This document shows positions 10,655 to 20,700 of a stretch of 64,000 bases of DNA, piece by piece (positions within the stretch are counted from its first letter, which is position 1; every line of letters starts with the position of its first letter). Position numbers and translations under genes: made by a program. The stretch is taken from the NCBI GenBank assembly GCA_965222575.1, contig OZ244958.1, forward strand, positions 1,088,001 through 1,152,000, in the 5' to 3' direction. This DNA comes from Alphaproteobacteria bacterium (GTDB lineage: Bacteria; Pseudomonadota; Alphaproteobacteria; G965222575). Under the pieces are notes generated by a model, which was not told where the DNA came from, searched no databases, and was given only the letters and a program-made list of their open reading frames with translations.

Positions 10655-10830
10655 TAGAGTGACACAGTCATTACGATAACAATTTTACTTTTTTAAGGCT
10701 ATAAAAATTTCGAGAGGATAGAGCCTCTAAAGAGAGGGGTTTTCAGAGGTTAGACATACTAGAGTTGAGAGGAATTTAACTTTTTTTCCTTAAATGGATA
10801 AAGAATAGGAATAACAGAGAGAGTGTGTGA

Positions 10831-11133
10831 TTGCAGAAGATGATATCAAAAGAAAAGCTAGAAGATTACTATCACCGCGCCTTAAAGGGTGACGGAATAG
10901 CGCAATACCAACTTGGGTTGGCTTATTCCACTGGAGATATAGGAGGGAGGTGTGATTATGTCTCTGCTCACCAGTGGTTTAACATAGCCGCTTCATTTGG
11001 CATTAAGGGCGCTAAGAAGCACCGTGAGGATATTGCATCTGTGATGGAGAAAAGGGATATAGAGAAAGCACAGGCTTATGCGCGCAAGATATTTGTATCG
11101 ATTGAATCGGGACTTTCGAAGCGCGGAATTTGA
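10831..11133 (+). CDS. Small Sel1-repeat protein
   Basis: AQYQLGLAYSTG...DYVSAHQWFNIAA..G. Confidence 0.8.
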   Translation: MQKMISKEKLEDYYHRALKGDGIAQYQLGLAYSTGDIGGRCDYVSAHQWFNIAASFGIKGAKKHREDIASVMEKRDIEKAQAYARKIFVSIESGLSKRGI

Positions 11134-11221
11134 AAGCATGCGTCTTTTTTGTTTGTCCCTTTTGGGATACCTGCTAAAGTAAAGGCGAGCTAGTTGAGGT
11201 CATGGGAAAAAAGGGTACGAA

Positions 11222-13150
11222 ATGCTCTATATTTTTGTTGTACTGTTACCGCTTGCAGGTGCTCTGTTAGGGGGGATTTTTTTAAGGATTTTCGGACAGG
11301 TTTTTGTTCAAGTTTTCACCTGTTCATGTGTGTTTTTGTCTTGTATTTTGTCTATTATAGGCTGGAGACTTTTTCCGAACACCGGGGTTAGCGTTTTTCA
11401 CCTTATGCCTTGGATAGAGGTAGGGTCTCTCTCAACAGCGTTTGCAGTTCGCCTTGATTCTCTTACGTTGGTGATGATGTTTGTGGTGACAAGTGTGTCG
11501 TTTCTTGTTCATTTATATTCTTTGGGGTATATGGCAAGAGATAGTCGTCGGGGTCTTTTCATGTGTTATTTGTCGTTTTTCACGGCAGCCATGTTGATAT
11601 TGGTAAGTGCTAATGATTATGGTCAGTTATTTTTAGGTTGGGAAGGCGTTGGGTTAGCCTCGTATTTATTGATTGGGTTTTGGTATGAGAAGCCGACTGC
11701 GGGAGCTGCAGCTATGAAAGCTTTTATTGTGAATCGCATAGGGGATATGGGGCTTTTGTTAGGGTTAGGCTTGATAGTATTTCACTTTGGGTCTTTAGAG
11801 ATGGATACGGTGTTTGCCCAAGCTCAAGACGGGGGGGTGCTAACCGTAGCAGGGTATAATATCCCTGTGGTGTCCCTGATATCCTTCTTTTTGTTTATAG
11901 GGGCTATGGGAAAGTCGGCACAACTTGGTCTTCATATATGGCTTCCTGACGCCATGGAAGGCCCTACTCCTGTCTCTGCTCTGATTCACGCAGCCACTAT
12001 GGTAACAGCTGGTGTCTTCTTACTTGTGAGGTCTTCTCCTCTTTTAGAATATGCGCCTTTTGTTCTTCAGTTTATAGGGGTCATAGGAGCGCTCACAGCG
12101 GTTTTTGCAGCTACCATTGCCATTGTCCAAACAGACATTAAACGTGTGATAGCCTATTCTACTTGTTCTCAGTTAGGGTACATGATAGCGGCGTGTGGGT
12201 TATCTGCTTATGGAGCGGCGCTGTTTCATCTTTTTACCCATGCTTTTTTCAAGGCGCTGTTGTTTTTAGGTGCCGGTGCTGTGATACATGTGTTACATGA
12301 GCAGGATTTAAGGCGTATGGGAGGGCTGCGGCTACACTTGCCTTTTACGCATATGATGATGTGGGCAGGAGTCATTGCTTTGATGGGCGTGCCGTTTTTT
12401 TCTGGCTATTTTTCAAAGGATATCATTATGGAGTCGGCGTTTGCCTCTTCTTTGGGTATTGGTATGTTTGTATTTTGGAGTACCTTGATAGCAGCTGTTT
12501 TAACGGTTATCTATTCTATAAGGATGATGGTGATGGTATTCTATGGTCCCTGTCGAGTTTCAACTGTGCATTTGAAGACACTTAACGAGCCTTCTTTTGT
12601 TATGCTTTTGCCGAATTTTCTCTTATCGCTAGGGTCTTTATTCATGGGGTGGCTTTTTGCCTCAAGGATGGTAGGGGAGGGGCAAAGAGACTTTTGGAAA
12701 GAAGCAATTTTTGAACGCTCTTTTATGGAAGAAGGGGTTTCTCTTTTAGAAAAAGCGCACCATGTCTCTTTTGGTGTTAAAATGTTACCGCTTGTAGCAA
12801 TAGTGATAGGGGTTATTGTCTCTTTAATCGTGTTGTTGAAAAAAGAGTGGATTGCGGGATTTATGACATACCACAGGCCTTTGTATCGTTTTCTTTTGAA
12901 TAAGTGGTATATAGATGAACTTTATGGCTGGATTTTCATCCGCCCCTTTGTCCTTCTTAGCAGAGGTGCCTATGCTGTGGATAGAGTGATTTTTGATAGC
13001 AGTATTATCAACAAGGTGACTAACAGCATAGGTCGTTTGTCCTCTGTCCTATCAAAGGCTCAAACAGGATACCTATACCATTACGCTTTTATGATGGTGT
13101 TAGGGATTTTTACTCTTGTTAGTATCTTGTTTTTGATGGATGGTAGCTAA
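11222..13150 (+). CDS. nuoL: NADH-quinone oxidoreductase subunit L
   Basis: GWEGVGL.SYLLIGFW, GKSAQ.GLH.WLPDAMEGPTPVSALIHAATMV. Confidence 0.97.
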   Translation: MLYIFVVLLPLAGALLGGIFLRIFGQVFVQVFTCSCVFLSCILSIIGWRLFPNTGVSVFHLMPWIEVGSLSTAFAVRLDSLTLVMMFVVTSVSFLVHLYSLGYMARDSRRGLFMCYLSFFTAAMLILVSANDYGQLFLGWEGVGLASYLLIGFWYEKPTAGAAAMKAFIVNRIGDMGLLLGLGLIVFHFGSLEMDTVFAQAQDGGVLTVAGYNIPVVSLISFFLFIGAMGKSAQLGLHIWLPDAMEGPTPVSALIHAATMVTAGVFLLVRSSPLLEYAPFVLQFIGVIGALTAVFAATIAIVQTDIKRVIAYSTCSQLGYMIAACGLSAYGAALFHLFTHAFFKALLFLGAGAVIHVLHEQDLRRMGGLRLHLPFTHMMMWAGVIALMGVPFFSGYFSKDIIMESAFASSLGIGMFVFWSTLIAAVLTVIYSIRMMVMVFYGPCRVSTVHLKTLNEPSFVMLLPNFLLSLGSLFMGWLFASRMVGEGQRDFWKEAIFERSFMEEGVSLLEKAHHVSFGVKMLPLVAIVIGVIVSLIVLLKKEWIAGFMTYHRPLYRFLLNKWYIDELYGWIFIRPFVLLSRGAYAVDRVIFDSSIINKVTNSIGRLSSVLSKAQTGYLYHYAFMMVLGIFTLVSILFLMDGS

Positions 13151-13152
13151 TA

Positions 13153-14772
13153 ATGCCTTTGCCTATTGTCTCCATTTTGATTTTTATGCCTCTTGTGGGG
13201 GTCACCAGTCTTTTGTTTACGAAGAGTGATGAGAAGGCGCACAATGCCTTTTGGGTGAGTCTTTGGACAACATTACTGGTGTTTTTTTACGCTATTATAG
13301 TGGCATTACTCTTTGATTCTTCCCTTACAGGCTTTCAATTTGTTGAGGAAAGGAGTCTATTAGGATTTTATCATGTCCGCTATATCGTAGGATTAGACGG
13401 CATTTCTTTAGCGTTTGTTCTCTTGACAACATTTTTAATGGTGTTGGTGATTTTAGCGAGTTTTGGTATTCGGCATCGCCGCAAAGAATATATGATTGCG
13501 TTTTTGATAATGGAAACCTTTATGTTAGGGGTATTTTGCGCACTAGATAGTCTGGTATTTTATATGTTTTTTGAGGTTGGGTTAATTCCTATGTTTTTGA
13601 TTATAGGGATTTGGGGGGGTAAGAATCGTGTTTTTGCCTCTTTGAAGTTTTTTCTTTATACCCTCTTAGGGTCTGTCTTTATGCTGTTAGCAGTGGTGTA
13701 TTTAGCACAGATTGGCAAGACAGATATGAGGCATTTTTTAGAAGCGGATCTGTCTTTTTCAGTACAGCGCTGGCTTTGGCTAGCCTTTTTTGCGTCTTTT
13801 GCCGTTAAGATTCCCAAGTGGCCCGTGCATACCTGGCTTCCCGATGCACACGTGCAAGCCCCTACAGCTGGCTCCATGATTTTAGCCGGAATTCTGTTAA
13901 AAATGGGAGCCTACGGTTTCTTGAGATTTTCTCTCCCTCTTTGTCCAGAAGCCTCTATTTTCTTTGCTCCACTGGTCATAGGTCTTGGCGTAATCGCCAT
14001 TGTGGTAGCTTCTTTGAGCGCTTTTCGACAGGAAGATATGAAAAAACTTGTGGCGTATTCCTCTGTAGCCCATATGGGCTTTGTTTCCGTGGGTCTGTTC
14101 TCAGGGAGTGCTCAAGGAGCAGTGGGGGCAATGGTTCAGATGATAAGTCATGGATGTATTTCGGCTGCCTTGTTTTTTTGTGTAGGGAGCCTCTATGATA
14201 GAACGAAAACCCGCAATATGAACGATTTCGGAGGACTGGCAAAGCCTATGCCTCTTTACGGAGGGATTTTATTGTTTTTCTTATTGGCTAGTGCCGCTTT
14301 ACCCGGTACCTCTGGTTTTGTAGGAGAATTTCTCGTTCTGATAAGCGCTTGGCATATTCACTGGGGAGTAGCCCTTCTTGTGGCAAGTGGGGTTATCTTA
14401 GGGGCTGTTTATCCTCTCTGGCTTTATCGAAAAATCGCTACAGGCCCTCTGAAGCCTATGGCTAATCTGACAGATTGTCACACAAGGGAGAAAATCATCT
14501 TGTTGCCTTTAGTCATGGTCGTCTTATGGTTAGGTCTGTATCCTAAGGGAGTCATTAAGCTGGTGGAATCTCCCCTTAATACTCTTATGAATCCTTACTT
14601 TGTTGCCTCTTCCAAACAATCACTACCCCTAGAAGATGGGGGTAAAGATTCTCAACAAAAAGGGCTTGACGCGCTTTCCAAACAATCAGTACCGCTAGAA
14701 AATAAAGGTGAAGATTTTCAACAAAAAGGGCTTGACACCCCTTCCAAACAATCACTACCGCTAGAGGAATAA
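13153..14772 (+). CDS. nuoM: NADH-quinone oxidoreductase subunit M with repeat-derived C-terminal tail
   Basis: HTWLPDAHVQAPTAGS, LLKMG.YG, AYSSVAHMG, LPGTSGFVGEF. Confidence 0.97.
   Translation: MPLPIVSILIFMPLVGVTSLLFTKSDEKAHNAFWVSLWTTLLVFFYAIIVALLFDSSLTGFQFVEERSLLGFYHVRYIVGLDGISLAFVLLTTFLMVLVILASFGIRHRRKEYMIAFLIMETFMLGVFCALDSLVFYMFFEVGLIPMFLIIGIWGGKNRVFASLKFFLYTLLGSVFMLLAVVYLAQIGKTDMRHFLEADLSFSVQRWLWLAFFASFAVKIPKWPVHTWLPDAHVQAPTAGSMILAGILLKMGAYGFLRFSLPLCPEASIFFAPLVIGLGVIAIVVASLSAFRQEDMKKLVAYSSVAHMGFVSVGLFSGSAQGAVGAMVQMISHGCISAALFFCVGSLYDRTKTRNMNDFGGLAKPMPLYGGILLFFLLASAALPGTSGFVGEFLVLISAWHIHWGVALLVASGVILGAVYPLWLYRKIATGPLKPMANLTDCHTREKIILLPLVMVVLWLGLYPKGVIKLVESPLNTLMNPYFVASSKQSLPLEDGGKDSQQKGLDALSKQSVPLENKGEDFQQKGLDTPSKQSLPLEE
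14611..14769 (+). repeat. 66-bp tandem repeat x2.4 at the nuoM 3' end
   Basis: tccaaacaatca at 14611, 14677 and 14743. Confidence 0.93.
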
Positions 14773-14778
14773 CGAGAT

Positions 14779-16242
14779 ATGGTGATTCTTTCCTATTTAC
14801 AAATTCTGTCGTTGCGCTGTGAACTGGGCTTAATCCTTTTAGGCTTGTTGATTTTTTTGTGGGGAATGTTCGCCCCGGAAAAACTTAAGGTTTTTGGCTG
14901 GTTATCCCTTTGTTCTTTGGCACTTGCAGGCGTCTATTTTATCAGTATTGCTTCCGTTGACACAGGGAGCACAAGGACGCCCGATGGGTTATATTTTGTA
15001 AGCTCTTTTGAGCTTTACGCTAAGGCGTTAATAGCCCTAACAAGTGCTGTCTGTTTACTGTGTGCTTTACGAGTTTTTGCCTTTCCTTCCAATGGGAAAG
15101 AAGAGGGGGAGGGCATGGAGTATTTTGTTCTCACACTTTTTGCCTCTGTAGCGATGATGGGGATGGTATCAGCTCATAATTTTTTATCGTTATATGTGTT
15201 ATTAGAGCTTCAAAGTTTGTGTTTGTACATTTTGTGTGCCATTGAAAGAAAAAACCCAAGAGCTCTTGAATCAGCGGTAAAGTACTTTGTTTTAGGAGGC
15301 TTAGCTTCTGGCTTTTTACTCTTTGGTATCTCTTTGCTTTACGGCGTTGTGGGGTCTACTTCTTATGAAGCGGTGAGTTTGTTTCTTCAACAAGGGCATG
15401 ATTCTTTTATCTTCTTGACATCACTTATGTTTATTGGTGGGGCATTGAGTTTTAAGTTATCCATTGTGCCTTTTCACATGTGGACGGCTGATGTTTACGA
15501 AGGGAGTAAAATGCCTGTGACGGCGTTTTTAGCCACAGCCTCTAAAGTAGCAGCTGTGGTGGTTTTTTGGAGATTTCTCTCCACTCTTAGCAACTATGAC
15601 ATTATCCCCTTATTCCTGATAGTTCTTGGTCTTTTTTCCATAGCCCTCGGGTCTATTGCAGCGATTTTTCAACGCTCTTTCAAACGTCTTCTAGCCTTTT
15701 CAACAGTAGCAAACGCAGGTTATCTTCTAATTCTCATCGCTCTCCATACCTCCATAGCCAAGACAGCCCTATTGGTCTATCTCACCATCTATGTGGTAAC
15801 GCTAAGCAGCATATTTGGTCTGTTGTGTCTGATGAGGAAAAACAATCAGTTCTTGGAGAATTTATCAGATTTTTGTGGATTGTATAAAACCCATCCTTTT
15901 TATGCTGCTGTTTTATCTACGGGACTATTATCGTTAGCTGGTCTTCCTATTTTTGCGGGATTTTTTGGGAAGCTGTGGGTTTTATCCGCTGTGATACAGG
16001 AAGGTGGTACTGTATGGTATATCTTAACCGCCATCATTGTGGTGTTAGCGGTTATTGGGGCTTTTTATTATGTGCGTATGGTGAAAATGATATATATGGA
16101 TTCTCCTGTGGAAGGGGTAGAGGTTTTAGAAGGCTGGACATTGAAAGCTGTTGTGTGTATTTCTTGGCTTTTCGTGTTGTTGTTTGTTTTTGTGTATCCC
16201 GTTTTGATAGACTACTTAAGGGTTCATATTAGTGGGATTTAG
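14779..16242 (+). CDS. nuoN: NADH-quinone oxidoreductase subunit N
   Basis: LELQSL, E...KYFVLG, FK...VPFHMW..DVYEG, SLAGLP..AGF.GK. Confidence 0.96.
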   Translation: MVILSYLQILSLRCELGLILLGLLIFLWGMFAPEKLKVFGWLSLCSLALAGVYFISIASVDTGSTRTPDGLYFVSSFELYAKALIALTSAVCLLCALRVFAFPSNGKEEGEGMEYFVLTLFASVAMMGMVSAHNFLSLYVLLELQSLCLYILCAIERKNPRALESAVKYFVLGGLASGFLLFGISLLYGVVGSTSYEAVSLFLQQGHDSFIFLTSLMFIGGALSFKLSIVPFHMWTADVYEGSKMPVTAFLATASKVAAVVVFWRFLSTLSNYDIIPLFLIVLGLFSIALGSIAAIFQRSFKRLLAFSTVANAGYLLILIALHTSIAKTALLVYLTIYVVTLSSIFGLLCLMRKNNQFLENLSDFCGLYKTHPFYAAVLSTGLLSLAGLPIFAGFFGKLWVLSAVIQEGGTVWYILTAIIVVLAVIGAFYYVRMVKMIYMDSPVEGVEVLEGWTLKAVVCISWLFVLLFVFVYPVLIDYLRVHISGI

Positions 16243-16961
16243 GACACTGTATTTTCAAGAGATAGCTAGCACGAATACTGAAGGTCTTAAGAGGGCTTTA
16301 TCGGGATGGGGTGAAGAGATGTTACTTTGGGCGGATTACCAGACAGCTGGGAGGGGTCGTTTTGACAGGAAGTGGTTAGGAGGGAGGGGGAATGTTTATA
16401 TGTCTATTGTGTGTTATCCTAATTTTTCTTTTCGTCGTGTAGGGGAGCTTTCTTTATCGACGGCTGTCTCAGTGGTGAAGGTATTGAGAGGATTTCTTCC
16501 TTCTGTTCGGTGCAAGTGGCCAAATGATGTGATGGTGAGTGCATAAGAAGTTGGGGGGGGTATTGGTAGAAACGGTGAGGAAAGAAGAAAGCACGCCTTC
16601 TTGGGGAGCGGTAATTGGTATAGGGATAAATGTTGTGGGGTGTCCACGAATAAAAGATGGGGGGAGGGTAGCGACTTCTCTTGTAGAGAATGGGGTTAGG
16701 GTAGCATCTGTGAAAGAATTGATAAAGAGTATTGCTGTCTCTGTAGAAGATGGCAGGCACCAATTGGAAGAGGAGGGGTTTTCTTTGGTCAAGAAAGCGT
16801 GGGAGACTTATGCTGTGGAGGGGGAAAGCATGAGAGTGAGGACTTCGGGAGGGATTTTAGAAGGAAGGTATTGCGGTATTGATGAGGAAGGGTCTGTTTT
16901 GCTAGGCACGCGTAGCGGTTATGAGGCGCGGATACGAATAGGGGAGGCGCTTTTATGTTGA
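16232..16961 (+). pseudogene. birA: Biotin-[ACC] ligase BirA split by a 1-nt frameshift (real or assembly error)
   Basis: STN, QTAGRGR and KWPNDV in ORF 16232-16546; KKLGGVL and IGIGIN in ORF 16539-16961; follows nuoN. Confidence 0.85.
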
Positions 16962-17650
16962 TAGCATTGGAGGGAATAGATGGAGCTGGCAAACGGACGC
17001 TAGGAGAGTCCTTAGTGGTGTTATCTGAGTGCAAGGGATATGAGGCTATGTTGTTGTCTTTTCCTTGTTATGGCAGGACTAAGTCTTCTCAAGAGATTGC
17101 TAACATTCTAAGGAATCATGATATAAGGGAGGAGGCCCCGGAAGTATTAGCGTTATTATTTTCTATGGACAGAGCAGAGAGTCTACCGCAGTTACAGGAG
17201 GCACTTGAGAAGAAGGATATTGTGTTTGTTGACCGTTATATTTTTTCAAATTTTGCCTATCACTTGCCGAGGCTTTCGTCTCTTCTGAGGCGGGAAAGGT
17301 TTGTACAGACCTATTTATCTTTGGAAAAGGAGCATTTTGGTCTTCCTATGCCTGATGGTGTGGTGTTTTTGGAGCAATTACCTGTGATTGCTGCTAGATT
17401 CAGGTTAAAGAGAGTAGCGGAGGGGGGACAAAGAGAAGATTCTTATGAGAAAGACGAGGGGTTTTTAGAAAAAGTCAACGATGCTTATGGGGAATTATTA
17501 GAGGACAAAGCGTTATCTCGTCAAGTAGGCTGTTGGTGGTATCGACTATTGGGGTGGAGAGAGGAAGAGGAGGGCTTTTGTTCTCGTTCTTTGGAAGATT
17601 TAACGCAAGAAGTTTGGCAAAAAGGATTAGTTCCTAAACTCAATAAGTGA
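16955..17650 (+). CDS. tmk: Thymidylate kinase
   Basis: EGIDGAGKRT P-loop, FP.YG, LF..DR, DRY..SN.AY. Confidence 0.88.
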   Translation: MLIALEGIDGAGKRTLGESLVVLSECKGYEAMLLSFPCYGRTKSSQEIANILRNHDIREEAPEVLALLFSMDRAESLPQLQEALEKKDIVFVDRYIFSNFAYHLPRLSSLLRRERFVQTYLSLEKEHFGLPMPDGVVFLEQLPVIAARFRLKRVAEGGQREDSYEKDEGFLEKVNDAYGELLEDKALSRQVGCWWYRLLGWREEEEGFCSRSLEDLTQEVWQKGLVPKLNK

Positions 17651-17725
17651 GGGGAAAAAGAAAAAGGCTATTTACTTTTTGCTGTTGTTTTATGAGTATT
17701 ATTGGTGTGTTGTGTGTAATGGGAT

Positions 17726-20700
17726 TTGGTATGTATGTCACCTAAAAGATTATCAGAAGACCTCATTAAGACGTTATCTTCGAAAATTTCTTTGAAGGAA
17801 AGAGGGTTTGAGGCGTTTTTCCAAGATTTTTTTCGAGGGTTTCCGGAAGACATGCTTGGGTGTTTAGAAGCCTTTGAATGGGAGAAAGTGGTGCGGTTAT
17901 CGTGGCGTTTTTTTTCTTCTCCTAGGGGCGGAGAGCATATAGATTCTGTTGGGTCTTTGCGGTATGTTGCGATTTTGAGAGAGGATAAGCCCTTTTTAGT
18001 AGATACGTCTGTGATTGTTTTGAAGCGGCTTGGTTATAGGGTTGTGGCGTTGCGTCATCCGACTTTGAGGGTGTTGAGAAATGAGAAGAAAGAAATCGTT
18101 AGGATAGGGGAAGGGAAATTAGAGACCTTAGTGGTGTTATGTTTGGATGATAGGGGACATGGTCAAGAGAAGAAGGTTTTACGAAAAGCGTTGAGGGAGT
18201 CCTTGAAGGATGTTTTTTGCATTGTAGAAGATTTTCCTAAGATGCTAGAGTTTACGCGTGCCTGTCAAAAAGACATTCATTCTCCTAGAGGGGAAGTACA
18301 CAGTCAAGAGATTAAGAGATTTCTTGAGTGGCTGATAGATGAGTCGTTTGTATTTTTAGGGTGTCGGACTTACAGGTATTATGATCTTGAGAAGGAGAAG
18401 AAGCCGTGGCGCAAAGTCGGGGAGGGGATAGGCCTATTGCGCAATCCTAAACGTCCAAGTTTTCAGGCTTTTAAGGAAGGAGACGAACAATATCAGCGCA
18501 CGATTCCTCCTTTGACTTTGGATTTTATCAGAAGTCAAGAGACCGTATCGGTGACAAAATCCTCTTTACGGTCTTTAGTACACAGGGACTGCTATTATGA
18601 TATTATCATGCTGAAGCAATGGGATTCTGAAGGGAAGGTTTTAGGGGAACAACGTATTGTGGGGTTATTTAGCTCTAAGGCTTATAACACCTCTATTTTT
18701 GAGATTCCGTGGTTAAGGGGGAAAGTCTCTGATGTGTCGCACCAATCGTCTCTTCAGGGTCATGATAATAAGGCTTTACATCACCTGTTGGAAAGATATC
18801 CGCGCGATGAGCTTTTTCAAATAACGCGTAAGGATTTAAGAGCTGTGGTTCTTGGGGTGTTAGATATGGAAGAACGCCCGCGATTGCGTGTATTTGCGCG
18901 CAAGGATAAGTTTGGGCGTTTTATGTCTTTTTTGCTCTATATTCCTGTTAATCAGTTTTCTACAAAATTACAACACGCCGTTGGGCGCTATCTAGCCAAG
19001 ACGCTTTGCGGAAGACAATCTGCTACTTATGTGTTAGTAGAAAACGATTCCATTGCGCGTGTGAACTATATTATAGGGCTAGGGCAATCAGTGAAAGTAC
19101 CGTCTATAGAGACGTTGGAATCTCATATTCAGGACATGGCGAGAAGCTGGTCTGATAAGATGAAAGAGGTGATTGAACAGAAGTTCAAAGGAGAAGTCGC
19201 TTTCAGAAAGCAACAGTTTTTGTCTTATTTTTCTGTTGCCTATACAGATGCGTTTTTAGGACAAGAAGTTTTAGATGATATTGAGAATCTGGAATCCTTT
19301 TTGTCTAATGGGGTAAAAGTGCAAGCCTCGATAACTGTTCCTCCCGAGTATAAAGGGTATCTGACTTTTAAGCTTTACGCTAAAGGAGAGCCTATTGAGC
19401 TTAGTGCTGTATTGCCTATTTTGGAAAATATGGGGCTTAAAACCATCAAGGAAGAACCTTATAGGTTACATAAAGAGAAGAAGACAATCTGGCTTCATGT
19501 CTATTCTCTTTTTTTTGAAGGGGGGGTACTTAAGAAGCACAGATTAAAAGAACGCGTACAGACAGCTTTTAAGGAAATTTGGGAAGGCCGTGTGGATAAT
19601 GATAGCTTCAATCGGCTTATTCCTGGCACTGGATTAGATGTTAGACAGGTGATGATATTACGTGCGATTTCCCGTTATTTAAGCCGTATTGGCATGCCTG
19701 TTCCGTCTCGGCGTCAGTCTTATATTTTGTTGAATTATCCCTTTATGTGCGAATTGATTTGTCAGTACTTTGATGTGAGGTTATCCCCTAAAGGAGGGAA
19801 CAACGCTAAAGAGAACAGAATTGTAAAAGCCTTTCAAAAGGGACTGAACACAATTACGAGTATGGATGAGGATAGGGTTTTTCGCCGTTACTTCAATGTG
19901 GTAGAAGCTATTTTGAGAACAAACTTTTACAAGCCTAATCAAGAGTGTGTTGTGTTCAAGATTAAGAGTGAAAAAGTTTTAGACTTGCCTTCTCCTAAGC
20001 CTTTTGTAGAAACGTATTTATGTTCTACTAAAATAGAGGGTATTCACTTACGCACAAGTGCTGTTGCAAGAGGAGGGTTGAGATGGTCTGACCGCTTACA
20101 TGATTTTCGCTCAGAAGTCTTAGGTCTGATGAAAGCTCAACAGGTGAAAAATAGTCTTATTGTCCCTTCTGGTGCTAAAGGGGGTTTTGTGTTAAGAAAA
20201 AGCGATCCCGACTTAACGCCTCAGAAAGATGCGCTACAAGGATACAAACAATACATACGCGGCTTACTAAGTGTGACGGATAACAGGATTGGCGATAAGG
20301 TACTTCACCCCCGCGGTGTTCACTGCAGGGATAAAGAAGACCCTTATTTAGTTGTGGCCGCCGATAAGGGAACAGCAACATTTTCTGATGTGGCAAATGA
20401 ATTATCTAAGGAACATGGGTTTTGGCTTTCTGATGCCTTTGCCTCTGGAGGTAAGCAAGGATACGACCATAAGGCTATGGGGATTACAGCCAAAGGGGCT
20501 TGGGAGTCGGTTAAGCGGTTATTTTTATCCATAGGGCATGATGTACAGAAGAAGCCTTTTACAGTGATAGGATGCGGTGGGATGGCGGGAGATGTCTTTG
20601 GGAATGGTATGCTGTTAAGTCCTTATATTAAGCTTATTGGGTCTTTCAATCATCGGCATATTTTTTTAGACCCCAATCCCGATTTATCGGAAAGCTATAA

